From positions 332,444,001 to 332,508,000 of the forward strand of contig OZ024743.1 in the NCBI GenBank assembly GCA_964016885.1: DNA of 64,000 nt. Direction: 5' to 3'. The notes below the pieces were generated by a model. The model was given only the letters and a program-made list of their open reading frames with translations, searched no databases and was not told the DNA's origin. Position numbers and translations under genes: made by a program. The stretch comes from Eledone cirrhosa. Taxonomy: Eukaryota. Shown one piece after another: positions 40,307-53,516 of the stretch; the first letter of the stretch is position 1, and each line of letters begins with the position of its first letter.

Positions 40307-42532
40307 ATGAGAAAACACAACATCGACTTCTCCACCAAGAACATCCCAGTTCCACTGAGAAAACTTTACCTTCGGATGCTCACGCAAAAAATCGACCTCT
40401 TTGCGAAAAGACTTAGATGGAGAATTTTTTTGTACGACAGATATTGCGACAATCAGGACTTCGATACCAAGGAGAGATTCGGATTTAATACCTACAAATC
40501 TCCCCCTCCGAACCCTATGCTCTCACCCTTCGAGAATGACCTTTTCCAACTGGTCAAGAGCATTAAATTCAAACCCAGACACAACAGATTCCTACAAAAA
40601 CTCCGTAGCAACTTAACAGAGTATGATAACACCAATGACATAATGGTGCACTCGGATAAAACTAGTAACCTCTACTTTGTCAACCCCGAGAGATACCACA
40701 CACTGATCAGGAGCAGCCTAAACTCCACCTATAAAAAGGCTAACCACTCAAGCATCGAGGACATAAATCGAGATGGACAACAAATTACCTCCAGCCTCGG
40801 GGTCGCCGACCGCACGGAACCCCTAGACCCACGGACTCCCTACTTCACACTGAAGGACCACAAATCCGATTTCGACCGTAAACCATCTATCAGGCTTATA
40901 AACCCAACGAAGTCCGACATAGGGAGAATCAGTAAAAAAAATCCTAGAACGCGTTATACCAAAAGTTAAGCAAAACGCCAGACTTAGCCTATGGGTCAAC
41001 ACCCAGGAAGTAATCTCATGGTTCAGCAATATGGAGGACAAACGAGACACAAAATTCATCCAGTTTGACATAGAGAGTTACTATGCTTCAATTACCTTAC
41101 CGCTCGTTACGGTCGCCTTTGACTTTGCCGAGACACTTGCGCCCATCACCGACCAGGAAAGAAATATCATCCTCCACGCCAGGAAGACAGTCCTACTTTT
41201 CGACAACTCCAAATGGATAAAGAGAGCTCCCGACTCCCCCTTCGACGTCAGTATGGGCGCGACGGATTCGGCTGAGGTCACAGATCTTATACGATTATTC
41301 CTACTAGTTAAACTCACCGATATGTTTCCTGCATTCGGTGGTGGATTGTACCGTGATGATGGGCTCCTTACCCTTAAAGGGTACAACCCCAGTAGTACAG
41401 ACCGGGGTCCGTAAATAATTAATCAGCTTCTTCCGCGACTGTGGATTTAAAATAACCCTAAAAACGTCCCTAACCCGAGTAAACTTCCTGGGCGTTACCC
41501 TTGACCTTGATAATGATCTGTACTACCCATACAGGAAACCAAACGACAACCTGCACTACATCCACCGCCGGTCAAACCATCCTAGAAACATCACCAATAA
41601 CCTGGTTAAAAACATCTCCCTCCGCATATCTCGTTTGTCCGCTAATGAGCAGATATTCGAGGAACATGCGCCTTATTACAACCAGGCCCTCAAGCGGAGT
41701 GGCTTCCGGGTGGAAACATCCTACTGTCCAGCTTCCATTAGCGGAACCAGCAGGCGACACCGCCGCTCACGCAACGTAACATGGTTCAATCCTCCCCCAC
41801 AACGCCGAGGTGACAACACCTATCGGGAAAATCTTTTTTAGGCTCATCGAAAAACACTTCCCACTACAATACCGCTACCACAACATAATCAACAAAAATA
41901 CCATCAAACTCTCCTACAGCACCACACCTAACTTTGCACAAAACATCGTCTCCTCTAACAACAAAAAACTCAACCGCTATGGAAGAAATAACCTAGATAG
42001 CAGTGGAGAGCCGACCAGGAGGTGTAGCTGTCCTGTTGGATCCATTTTCCCCCTCGATAACAGATGCAGAGATCGTAATGTGATCTACCAGTGCAACGTG
42101 AGGACGGACACCTCCAACAAAGCTTATATAGGATTAACCGCTTGTGACTTCAAGACCCGGCTATACCAACACAGACATACTTTCCGAAACCCGACCCGGC
42201 GTCACGCCACTACACTTTCGGGCCACATCTGGGACCTCAAAGATAACAATATAACCTATAATCTCACTTGCAGCTTACTGTCCAGAGCCAACTCTTACAC
42301 GGGAGGACGCCGTCCGTGTAACTTATGCTCGGAGGAAACATTACAAATGCTGTTTTCGACGGACCAACTCCTAAACAAGAAAGACGAACTGGTAACTGCA
42401 TGCAAACACAGATTGCGTAGGACTTACCTCGCCCTCAAACCCCATAATGACTGGGGGGAGGGGGGGCTAGACAAGGGCTGTAACACCCCACTTGCCGACT
42501 TTGTAATGGGTAACCCCTGCTTACAAAGGTAG
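40307..42532 (+). pseudogene. PLE-C full-length RT + GIY-YIG ORF with about 3 frameshifts
   Basis: ATG at 40307, MRKHNIDFSTKNIP...KRLRW, HSDKTSNLY, LKDHK, QFDIESYY, GLYRDDGL, VTWFNPP, VIY...YIG, CNLC, LLNKKDEL...CKH; shifts near 40940 (A run), 41405 and 41800 (C run). Confidence 0.92.
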
Positions 42533-43066
42533 ACGTAAGATTTTCTATCGTTTCCTCTATATTTCCTTCTTCCCCCATCCCTTCCTAGTCCTTCCATCCC
42601 AGTTCTCCTTCTTTGTCGTCGTTCTTTTCACCTTCTCGCCCACCCCGAGGCAGCCCTTCGGTTCTCTGTAGCCTCAGTACCCCCACCCCCTATTCTATAG
42701 TTTAGCAGTACCAGTGAGAGATTTGATGATTGTGGTAGGGGAATAGTAACCAGAAATTGTGTTTTTTTATATTTTTAACATTCTTATTTTTCTATATAGA
42801 TTTACTCCATATAGATTTACTTATTGTTTCGACTTCCACCCCCTCCCCCTCTCTAGTACACTTCTCTTGACCTCTTATCCTTAGGATTCTGCTGTAGTTG
42901 TCACTTTCAACGCACGACTGGGTTTCCTCAACTCCCTCTCCCTCTTTCTTCTACTGGCAAGTTCAGCTACCCTTTCCTTCCACAAAATGCCATGATAGAA
43001 TTATGTGTCTCAACAACAAACTTTTGACCAATTCTTGTGACAATCACTTTTACCATATATGGAATT

Positions 43067-43162
43067 ACCCCCTGAGAAGCTCGGCTATTCATTTACCAGG
43101 ATAAAAATGTTCATTTAGTCCAGAATTAGCCGTCGAAACGGCTTGACCTCAGCCGTCGGGGT
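43067..43162 (+). ncRNA. Hammerhead-like motif, core CTGAGAA, long stem II, GUC triplet (PLE-C 3' repeat)
   Basis: acccc-CTGAGAA-gctcggctattc...gaattagccgtc-GAAA-cggct tgacctc agccg-TC-ggggt. Confidence 0.65.
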
Positions 43163-43188
43163 CCTACTCGTTCCTATATATATATATG

Positions 43189-43219
<31 letters not shown>

Positions 43220-43320
43220 GTATTGAAATTTCCGTTGAAAACAGAAAAGGTCATAGAAGTGAAGAGTGCTCTATGTAAGTACCAGAGCAAAATTTAATGT
43301 ATAAAAATCAATACAATATA

Positions 43321-43398
43321 ATTACCTCATTACCAGAGGTTTCCCGAATGAGGCGAATATGAAAGAAACGTCTTCATTCGTTCGTCAGACGAGGCAAT
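43321..43398 (-). ncRNA. Type I hammerhead in a solo PLE-B-related terminal fragment (~43223-43485)
   Basis: attgcctcgt-CTGACGA-acgaatga...tcattcgg-GAAA-cc tct gg-TA-atgaggtaat; 10-bp stem I with two G-U pairs; fragment flanked by (TA)n. Confidence 0.82.
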
Positions 43399-43481
43399 AT
43401 AAAACATGGCTAAATACTTGGAAAGTCTCATCAAGAAAAGCAAAAAAAAATTAATTATATATAAATATAGATAAAGGAATT

Positions 43482-43566
<85 letters not shown>

Positions 43567-43605
43567 GTATATATATATATACAGATATGTGTGTGTGTGT
43601 ATATA

Positions 43606-44540
43606 AGCTGCAGAGCAAAGTTGCTGAAAGGGTTGAGGGTTGTAGCACAACTAATTAGGGACAGAATCAAGTTAGATGAGGTGCAGTTTGGATATATGCC
43701 AGGCAGAGGTGCTACCAATGCCCTCTTTCTGGTGTGACAACTTGGGTACTTAGCTAAGAGTAAGCCACTGTATCTGGTTTTTGTAGATATAGAGAAAGCC
43801 TTGAGATGGCCCCACACTCTGTAATCTTGTTGGCAGTCAAGAAACTAGGTGTAGATGAATGGCTTATAAGGTCTGTGTAATCCATGTATAGAGGTACAAC
43901 CAGCAGAGTGATAATTGGCAATGAGTACAGTGGGTGCTCATCAGGGCTCAGTCCTTAGTCCATTCATGTTTATCAGTCCTTCAGGCCATCACTGAGTAGT
44001 TTAAAGCTGGCACTCTGTTGAAGATCTGATATGCTGATGATCTAGTCCTTATAGCTGAATCCATAGGAAAGTTAGACACAAAATTTCAAGCATGGCAGAA
44101 GAACCTAGAGTTGAAAGGCCAAAAACTAAACTTAGAAAAGACGAAAGTGATAGTAAGTAGGAAAGAAAACAGGAAGGTGATACCATCAGGGAAATGGCCG
44201 TGTTCAATATGTCCGAAAGGGGTGGACAGATATACTATAAGATGCACACAGTGTAATATATGGATGTACAAGAGATGTAGTGGGATTGCAAACAGATTAA
44301 CAGAAAAGATAGACTTTGTATGTGGCAGAAACACAGGAGAAGTAAGAACTAAGAACACACATGTGAAGTAGATTCCTTCAATTGCCAGGAAGGTTCCTTA
44401 GAAGCTGTCAACAGCTTTTATTACTAAGGTGATCAAATTAACAATGTAGGAAGAGGCACTGTAAGTGTGATAACCAGGATCAGAAGGGGCTGGAAGAAGT
44501 TTAGAGAATACTTCTGCTGACAAGAAAGGACTTTTTAACT
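43606..44540 (+). mobile_element. Decayed RTE-clade LINE RT fragment
   Basis: QFGYMPGRGATNA, VDIEKA, HQGSVLSP, YADDL, LNLEKTKV, then GKWPCSIC...; many stops and indels; same family as 57161. Confidence 0.88.
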
Positions 44541-45031
44541 GACAAAGAGGAGCTATACCTGTAACTCAAAAGAGGCTAACCTTGTCACACCCTGTATCAG
44601 ACTAAATCTCCCTGAGAACTATGCTAACGGTACACATGTCTGTGGAATGCTCAGACACTTACATATTAATTTCACGGACATGATGTTCCGTTGATCGTAT
44701 CAACCAAAGGGCCAACCTTGTCACACCCTGTGTCACACTGAATCTCCCTGAGAACTACCATCTGGGTACACGTGTCTGTGGAATGTTCAGCCACTTGCAT
44801 GTATATTCACGAGCATGCTGTCCATATGATGCATGACTAAATGGGTGTGTGGGTGTATATATGTGTATGTGTATGTGTGTGTATATGTGGGTAGGTGGGT
44901 GTAGGTGTGTGTATGTGTTTATATTTGTCTGTATGTGTGTGTGTTTAGGTGTGTATGTGTAGGTTGGTATATGCATGTTTGTATGTATGTATATGTATAT
45001 ATAATATATATATATATATAGTTATGATTGG

Positions 45032-45072
<41 letters not shown>

Positions 45073-45593
45073 CATACATACCAAGCTACACATACACACC
45101 TAAACACACACACACATACAAATATAAACACACACACACACACACCTACACCCACATACACACACACATACACACACATATACACATACATACACCCACA
45201 CATACATATATTTATATATATATATATATGCATGTGTATTTGTATCTATGTGTTTATGTTTGTGTGTGTTTATAGGTACATATGTGTAGGTGTGTATATG
45301 TGTATGTATATGTATGTATGTGTCTGTATATATGTGTTTCTATGTTTGTATATGCATGTGCGTGTATATGTGTGTGTGGCAGTTTATATGAGAGAGGGGT
45401 GGGGGTGCGGAGAAAGGGTAAAAACATTAAGGTGGAAAGTTTGTGTGAAGAGAATGAAGGTCAGTATAAAGGTGACCAAAATCAATGAAATGTTCTATCT
45501 TCTGAATAAATTCACTGATCTGACCCTAAACCATTTTGACAACTTAATTATTCCTGGAATGTTTCTACACATACAGAAGAGAAATTAATTTCT

Positions 45594-45694
<101 letters not shown>

Positions 45695-45709
45695 ATATAT
45701 ATATATATG

Positions 45710-45770
<61 letters not shown>

Positions 45771-46080
45771 TCATCATCATCATCATCATCGTTTAACGTC
45801 TATCTTCCATGCTAGCATGAGTTTATATACACATACACATATATATATACATATACACATATACATATATATATACATATACACATATACATATACACAC
45901 ACACATATATATATATATATACATATATACATATACACACATACATATATACACACACACGCACACATATATATATATATATATACATATATATACATAT
46001 ATATACATATACACACACACATATATATATACATATACACACACATATATATATACATATACACACATATATATATACAT

Positions 46081-46111
<31 letters not shown>

Positions 46112-46116
46112 CATAT

Positions 46117-46192
<76 letters not shown>

Positions 46193-46194
<2 letters not shown>

Positions 46195-46535
46195 AGGCAC
46201 ATGGCTTAGTGGTTAGAGCACTGGCCTTGCAATCGAAAGGTTGTGAGTTCAATTCTCAGACCGGGTGATGTGTTGTTTCCTTGAGCAAGACACTTTATTT
46301 CACATTGCTCCAGTTTACTCAGCTGTAGAAATGAGATGATAGGGACTGGGGTCCCTATCATTCCACTGCAAAGTGGTCGTGGAGGTGCCACGGCAAAAAA
46401 GCACCCAGCACTCACTGTAAATGAGGTTGGTGTTAGGAAGGGCATCCAGCTGTAGAAATCAAGCCAGAATCAGTTCCCGTCCCACCCTTGCAAGCAGGGA
46501 AAAAGCGGACGTAAAATGATGATGATGATGATGAT
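46193..46535 (+). mobile_element. tRNA-derived SINE with RTE-like 3' end and (GAT)n tail
   Basis: A box tggcttagtgg, B box gagttcaattc, central ccttgagcaagacactt block; 3' part shared with the RTE UTR. Confidence 0.9.
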
Positions 46536-46641
46536 ATATATATATACATATACACACATATATATATACACGCATATATATATATGTATATATATATTTC
46601 TTTTGCTTGTTATTTGTTTTTTACTTCGGCGAAGGAAATAG

Positions 46642-46744
46642 TTTGTTAAATTCTCTAGCTGTGTAGATGTAACAGAGAGGCTTGGAACTTACAGGAACCG
46701 ACAGACGACTCGTGCTGATGTTGGCAGTTGTCTTGGAGGATATG
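46642..46744 (+). other. Candidate host coding exon (unassigned)
   Basis: Non-repetitive island, pyrimidine tract then AG, open frame FVKFSSCVDVTERLGTYRNRQTTRADVGSCLGGY, donor ATG/gtaaac. Protein not recognised. Confidence 0.25.
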
Positions 46745-46776
46745 GTAAACCAAGAGCATATTACGGATGAAGAAGG

Positions 46777-46814
<38 letters not shown>

Positions 46815-47029
46815 TGTTTACTTGTTTTTATGTTTTATCTGTTGGGTACATTTCACAGATGATTGGCTCAAGGCCACCTATGAACGCTATGGGGATTTAC
46901 CTATGCTAGCATGGGTTAGATGAGTTGTCCCATTTGAGACAAATCAGAATAAGTGACTGTGTCTTGCTCATATAGAACTGCTTCGGGCTTGGTTTCTATG
47001 GCTAAATGCCCTTCCTAACGCCAACAATA

Positions 47030-47752
47030 TTTAATGTGACCTGGGGGCTTTTTGTCGTGATACCAACATGACAACTTTACAGTGTGGGCTGGGCTCTTTT
47101 TGTCGTTACCAAAATGATCACTTTACTGTGTGTACTGGGTGCTTTTTGTTGTGACACCTTCACAACCACTTTACAATGTGGACTGGGCACTTTTTGTCGT
47201 GACACCTTCATGGCCACTTTACAGTGTGGGCTGGGCACTTTTTGTTGTAACACCTTCACAACCACTTTACAGTGTGGGCTGGGCACTTTTTGTTGTAACA
47301 CCTTCACGACCACTTTACAATGTGGGCTGGGCACTTTTTGTTGTAACACCTTCACAACCACTTTACAGTGTGGGCTGGGCACTTTTTGTCGTAACACCTT
47401 CACGACCACTTTACAATGTGGGCTGGGCACTTTTTGTCGTAACACCTTCAAGACTACTTTACAATGTGGGCTGGGCACTTTTTGTCGTAACACCTTCACG
47501 ACCACTTTACAATGTGGGCTGGGCACTTTTTGTCGTAACACCTTCACAACCACTTTACAGTGTGGGCTCGGCACTTTTTGTCGTAACACCTTCACGACCA
47601 CTTTACAATGTGGGCTGGGCACTTTTTGTCGTAACACCTTCACAACTACTTTACAATGTGGGCTGGGCATTTTTTGTCATAACACCTTCACGACCACTTT
47701 ACAGTGTTTTTGTCATGATACCAATAAGACCACTTTACAATGTGGGCTGGGA
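47030..47752. repeat. 48-bp minisatellite (~14 copies) derived from the RTE/SINE 3' UTR
   Basis: Unit accactttacaatgtgggctgggcactttttgtcgtaacaccttcacg; continuous with a minus-strand RTE tail at ~46900-47030. Confidence 0.92.
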
Positions 47753-48092
47753 GCTGAGGCAGAGTAATGTTGCGATGTGGGAGGTCTATGATTGTTATCA
47801 GCCTAGTATGTTCTATTCAGATATAACTTTCTTGAGAACATATCACATTGGATTTGTTCTGTAACAAGTTCTCTTCGCATATGTGATTATTAAGTTCTTC
47901 AGGAAGCAAGTTTTGTATGATAGCAATGGCTTCTATGCCTTTAACATTGTATCAATCTAAATTTCCATTATATATATATATCTGTATGAGCATGAAAATA
48001 GTCATCCAACCTGGCTCGTCTCACAACAGGACAGCTGGTCTAACCCATGCTAGCGTGGAAAATGGACGTTAAACAGTGATGATGATGATGAT

Positions 48093-48160
<68 letters not shown>

Positions 48161-49132
48161 GTGTGTGTGTGTGTGTGTGCGCGTGTGCGTGAAAAATAAA
48201 CAGTAGGAAAAGAGTTTGGGCGCTTCGGAGACTAGTCCTTCATCAGAAGTCCGAATGAGAAATACAAAAGGAAATAGAAAGATAGAGAGGAAGGAATGGA
48301 AAAAACATTTTTTGTAAAAATAGCATGTGTGTGTTCGGTCAGCCATTTTGGAGAAATGCTGGTCAGTGGTTATCTTAGATATTAGAGAGATTTGAAAACT
48401 GGCATGGACCTCTGTCAGTTGTTCAAAGGAGTAAATGAATCACTAGTTATAATGTCCCAAATGAAACATCTACCTCTTACCTAGGAGCAAAGGGTAAGAC
48501 CATCTGGCTTCTCATCAACCCCAGACAATCTGACTCCAGAGTTGAGGCATGCTTGATAATTAGGTTCAGCTCAGTATAGCAAGCAAAGCAGCAGATACCA
48601 ACACAATAGAATAGAGAGTCTGTCTCTTTCAATATAGAAGACATTTTATCAAAATTTAGAATATTATAAAGTTATTAACTCTTTTGTTACCATATTTCTT
48701 ATAAAAGATACTACCTATGATTTTCAAATTATTTTGATAATAACCAAGAATTTGATGGGATTTAGTAATATAACCAGCTTCCTCTAAACTAGTGTTTGGG
48801 GTATAACAACCCTTTCATGACCACATTTCTAATAAAATACACCCTATTTTTATTAGTTAATGAAGAATTTTGAGGGATTTACTAAAATTATTAATCATTT
48901 TCATTACTATGATGGTATTTTAATGTAAGGTTCTTATATAAAATTATGTTGGAAGATTTTGATTTAAATTGGAAACCTTTAAAATGGGTGATTTTACTTC
49001 ATAGAACTAGAGTTGGTTTTGGCTGGGTTGGTAACTAAAGAGTTAACAAAGATTCTTATCTAAATTTATGATGGAAGGTTTTTAGAGAAATATAAATACT
49101 TTCAAACAGTTTTGTATCATAGAATGAGAGTG

Positions 49133-49415
49133 GATTATTGGGTTAATTTCACTAGGTTTCTATCCCATAAAGGATCAGGGACCCACCAGACCTAGTAGAT
49201 TATTGGGTTAATTTCACAAGGGTCATATCCCATAAGTGAGCATGGAGCCACCAGACCTAATAGATTATTGGGTTAATTTCACAAGGGTCATATCCCATAA
49301 GTGAGCATGGAGCCACCAGACCTAATAGATTATTGGGTTAATTTCACAAGGGTCATATCCCATAAGCGAGCATGGAGCCACCAGACCTAATAGATTATTG
49401 GGTTAATTTCACTAG
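49133..49415. repeat. 65-bp tandem repeat, ~4.4 copies
   Basis: gattattgggttaatttcac at 49133, 49198, 49263, 49328, 49393. Confidence 0.95.
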
Positions 49416-49430
49416 GGCTCTATACCAGTT

Positions 49431-49700
49431 GGGGCATGTGGCTTAGTGGTAAGAGTGTTGAACTTATGATCATAATGTTGAGTTCAATTCCTGGACTGGG
49501 TTGTGTGTTGTGCTCTTGAGCAAAACATTTCATTTCATGTTGCTCCAATATACTCAGCTGAAAATGAGTACCAGCAATAGCTGGGAGTTTAACCTATAAT
49601 GGACTGGTGTCTGGTCTAGGGTGGAGTCATGTACTCTCAATGTTTTATGCCACAAAACTGGAATAATCACCAGCCTGATGAGCCTCCTGGCTTAAGACAG
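49431..49700 (+). mobile_element. tRNA-derived SINE with the same head and central block but a different 3' end
   Basis: tggcttagtgg, gagttcaattc, cttgagcaaaacattt...tgctcca...actcagctg. Confidence 0.75.
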
Positions 49701-50569
49701 AGATTGGACTTGTACCATTGGTGAGCAGAGCTGTAAACATTTAATAATAATTAAAAAAATAGAGAAAGAAAGAATCCTGCACATGGTTTCAACTCCCGTT
49801 CACTTCACCTTGTGTTTTTGATGTCATTTAGAAGAAAACTATGCATGTACACCACAAATTCTCATTCACTTTTTCCTATAATATTATATAGAAACCGATA
49901 ATAGGATGTTGATTGGAACCTCATCAAATTCCATTGATTATTCACTGCTGATAAAGTATTTTTAGCTTGAAGCTACATATAGTATTGATCAGCAGATATA
50001 ATCCAAAGTAGAACTGTCATAGAACCTATAATTGACATTTATTTTCAATATCTAGAGGTGTGAGAGATAATAAATGAATAGACATAACCCTTTTCATACA
50101 AAACTACCTTAAACTGTTCTTGATTTTATGATACAAAGCTGTTTGGTTTAGTTTAAAGTCTATCTCAAGCCTGGAGGTTCATTAGGCTAGTACTTATACC
50201 AGTTTTCATGGTGTTAAATGACTGAGAGAACAAGACTCCCCCCAGACAGGACAACAGTCCATTGCAGAATTAAGCCTCCAGTTATTGTCTGGTACTCATG
50301 GCACCAGCACTACCATCATAGAGGGTGGACAGGGTCCTTTTATCATGACACCAGCACTATCACTTTAAAGAGAGGACCAGGTGTTTTTTTATCAAGACAC
50401 CAGAGCACTTTACAGTGTGGCTGTATTTGCACCAACAAAACAGCTTTACAGACTGGACTGGGTGTATTTTATCATGATAGCAGCACTACTACTTTACAGC
50501 ACTGGGGCTGTTAATATGGTCACACACACAGACTGGATGCTACTGAATTTGTTTATTTGTTTATATAGA

Positions 50570-50667
<98 letters not shown>

Positions 50668-50686
50668 GAGCCCTGGTTTCTGTTGA

Positions 50687-50767
50687 GCTCTGCTGATGAA
50701 TGAAATCCAACCGTGACCATCTCCACTGAAAGTTTTCATGAAATAGTCTTTTAAGACTATACAGAGC
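50687..50767 (+). ncRNA. Canonical type I hammerhead ribozyme, solo
   Basis: gctctg-CTGATGA-atgaaa...tttcat-GAAA-tagtctt tt aagacta-TA-cagagc; three perfect stems, AUA triplet. Confidence 0.85.
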
Positions 50768-51019
50768 ATTTGATGTTATTCCAAGTTGAAGGATAAGTGT
50801 TTCAAACTTTATTTTATCATGAGTTAAAGGTCTATAGATTTTTCCCTGGATTTCACTAAATTCTGTGGATGAATTTATATCCTGATTCTCTTTTGAGATG
50901 AGTTTGAGTTATTTTTCCTAAATCTTTCGTTAACTACTTTTCCCATCTTGACGTTATAGTCGCATATATGTTATAGAATGCCGTTAGCTTCTTGCTAAAA
51001 CAATCTCTATACCTCTCGT

Positions 51020-51037
51020 TTACATATATATATATAT

Positions 51038-51088
<51 letters not shown>

Positions 51089-51155
51089 CCCACTTTGCAT
51101 TGAGTACTCCCATATTTAATAGTCTCAGCACTGCAGATTCTCTCTATATATATAT

Positions 51156-51186
<31 letters not shown>

Positions 51187-51255
51187 TACCCACTTTGCAT
51201 TGAGTACTCCCATGTTTAATAGTCTCAGCACTGCAGATTCTCTCTCTATATATAT

Positions 51256-51286
<31 letters not shown>

Positions 51287-51362
51287 TACCCACTCTATAT
51301 TGAGTACTCCCATGTTTAGTGGTCTCAGCACTGCAGATTCTTTCTCTCTCTATATATATATA
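51020..51362. repeat. ~100-bp composite tandem repeat x3 containing (TA)n(GA)n
   Basis: gatacccactttgcattgagtactcccat...tctcagcactgcagattctctc three times with variable microsatellite lengths. Confidence 0.93.
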
Positions 51363-52294
51363 TAAGGTTTGACTAAAATTAAAATATTTCAGTCGTATTA
51401 TACCTTAAATAGCTCAAATACTATATAGGCTAAAAATTATAATTTGTAGAGCTTCACTTTTCCAAAATTATATTTAGGTGTAAAAATTTACAGTAAGCAA
51501 AAAATACATTTTAAAATAAAAATGTAATTTCACCTCTAAATTTGGAATAAGTGGGGTGGGGAGATCGGTAATTTTTCTAGATTGTCTCTGTTGGTTTTCT
51601 TTAAAAACCAGAATTAGCCGTTTAGTTTTCATATTGAGACCCCCAACCCATTCTATTTATTTTATAATGTATGGGATTTTAAGTAATGTACTTTTTTTGT
51701 CATGTATAATGTTTTTTAAAATTAATTGCTGCAGGAATGCTTCCACCTAAAATAAAATGTTGTCGAAGGAAGGCAGATTAACCAAATTTAATAAGTGAGG
51801 GAGGGGGGGGGGGGGTCTGGAAAATTAATAAGCGTGGAGGGGCAGATTATTCGAGGCCCGAGAGTATATATTTTTTATTAAATAAATATATCAAAATTAA
51901 CTATATTCCAATCCAATGTTCAAAATGTACTCTTGCCTGTCAGACAGGCGGAGGTGGATGGGACAGGACATTGACAAAGCTTTGAGATCTAAATTACCTG
52001 TCAAGTGTTGAAAAGGAAAGGAGTCACATAGTCACAGCTGGAATGCTTTAGATATTATGTCTGTTTAATATGGCTGACTGGGACTAAACAACATGAGCAA
52101 CAACAAGAGCAACAACAATAGAACAGATCTCCATTGGAGGAGGGAGGCGGGGTTACAATGAGTGTTCCAGTTGTTTGATCAACAGATCAACCGGCACATG
52201 AAATTAATATATAAGTGACTGAGCATTCTACAGTGTAGCAGTTACAACGACGAGTGTATGTGGATATATATATAGATATATGTGTGTGTATGTG

Positions 52295-52370
<76 letters not shown>

Positions 52371-52429
52371 TACATATATATATATATATATATATACATC
52401 ATCCTCATTTAACGTCCATGCTATATGTT

Positions 52430-52864
<435 letters not shown>

Positions 52865-52971
52865 TCACACAGACATGTGTACACTTGATGTAAATCTTAG
52901 GGAGATTTAGCATGACATAGTGTGTGACAAACCTGGTTCTTTGAATATCCATTTAATTTCACTCACAAGAT

Positions 52972-53516
52972 ATGGGATCGGGTGATGGAAGGCAGGAGGC
53001 TGAATTAAGTGCAAGAATTACTGAAGCTGGTGCAGTAATGTACCAGCTTCAGCATTCGGTAATCAGAAGAAAGGAGGTAGGTGTAAATGTCAAACTCATT
53101 ATCTTCAATTCAGTATTTGTGCCAACACTTACCTATGGTCATGAATCTTGGGTAATGACCGAAAGAATACGATCATGAATACAAGTGGCCAAAATTGGGT
53201 TCCTTTGAAGGGTCCTTGGAATAATGTTACTCAATAGAATGCATAAATCAGAGATCAGAGAGTAACTCTAGGTAAAGCTGCTACTTCTCCGAATTGAGAG
53301 CTCACAGCTCCGATTCTACGGGTATGTGGGTTGAATGTCTCGGCAAAGAATTACTGGACGGATTTTAAGGACAAAACCAATCAGAATAAGACTTAGGAGT
53401 AGACTCTAAGCAAGATGGTTGGATAACATCTATGAGCTTGTCTGGTCTCGGGGATCCAGTTGCATTAATTAGAGATGGTTGCTTCTGAATGGACGTTAAA
53501 TGGTGATGATGATGAT
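52972..53516 (+). mobile_element. Decayed RTE-clade LINE 3' fragment (second family)
   Basis: ARITEAG...FVPTLTYGHESWVMTERIRS then stops; ends ggacgttaaa + (GAT)n. Confidence 0.8.

Larger units (their letters stand above)
38502..43176 (+). mobile_element. Penelope-like element C: full-length sense copy (40089-43176) plus inverted 3' arm (38502-40088)
   Basis: The left arm is the reverse complement of ~42245-43176 plus the start of the 5' UTR (up to ~40215); (TA)n on both sides. Confidence 0.9.

Noticed and set aside
46193-46265. tRNA gene
   Set aside because: A and B boxes are present but there is no proper cloverleaf, and it continues into a SINE body found in several copies.
47084-47767. 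Cys/Thr-rich 16-aa repeat protein (antifreeze-like)
   Set aside because: The unit derives from an RTE 3' UTR, several frames on both strands are open, and there is no gene structure.
48205-48256. Hammerhead on the minus strand (CTGATGA...GAAG)
   Set aside because: GAAA core altered, no NUH triplet, poor stem I; at most a dead remnant. Same for CTGAAGA at ~63134.
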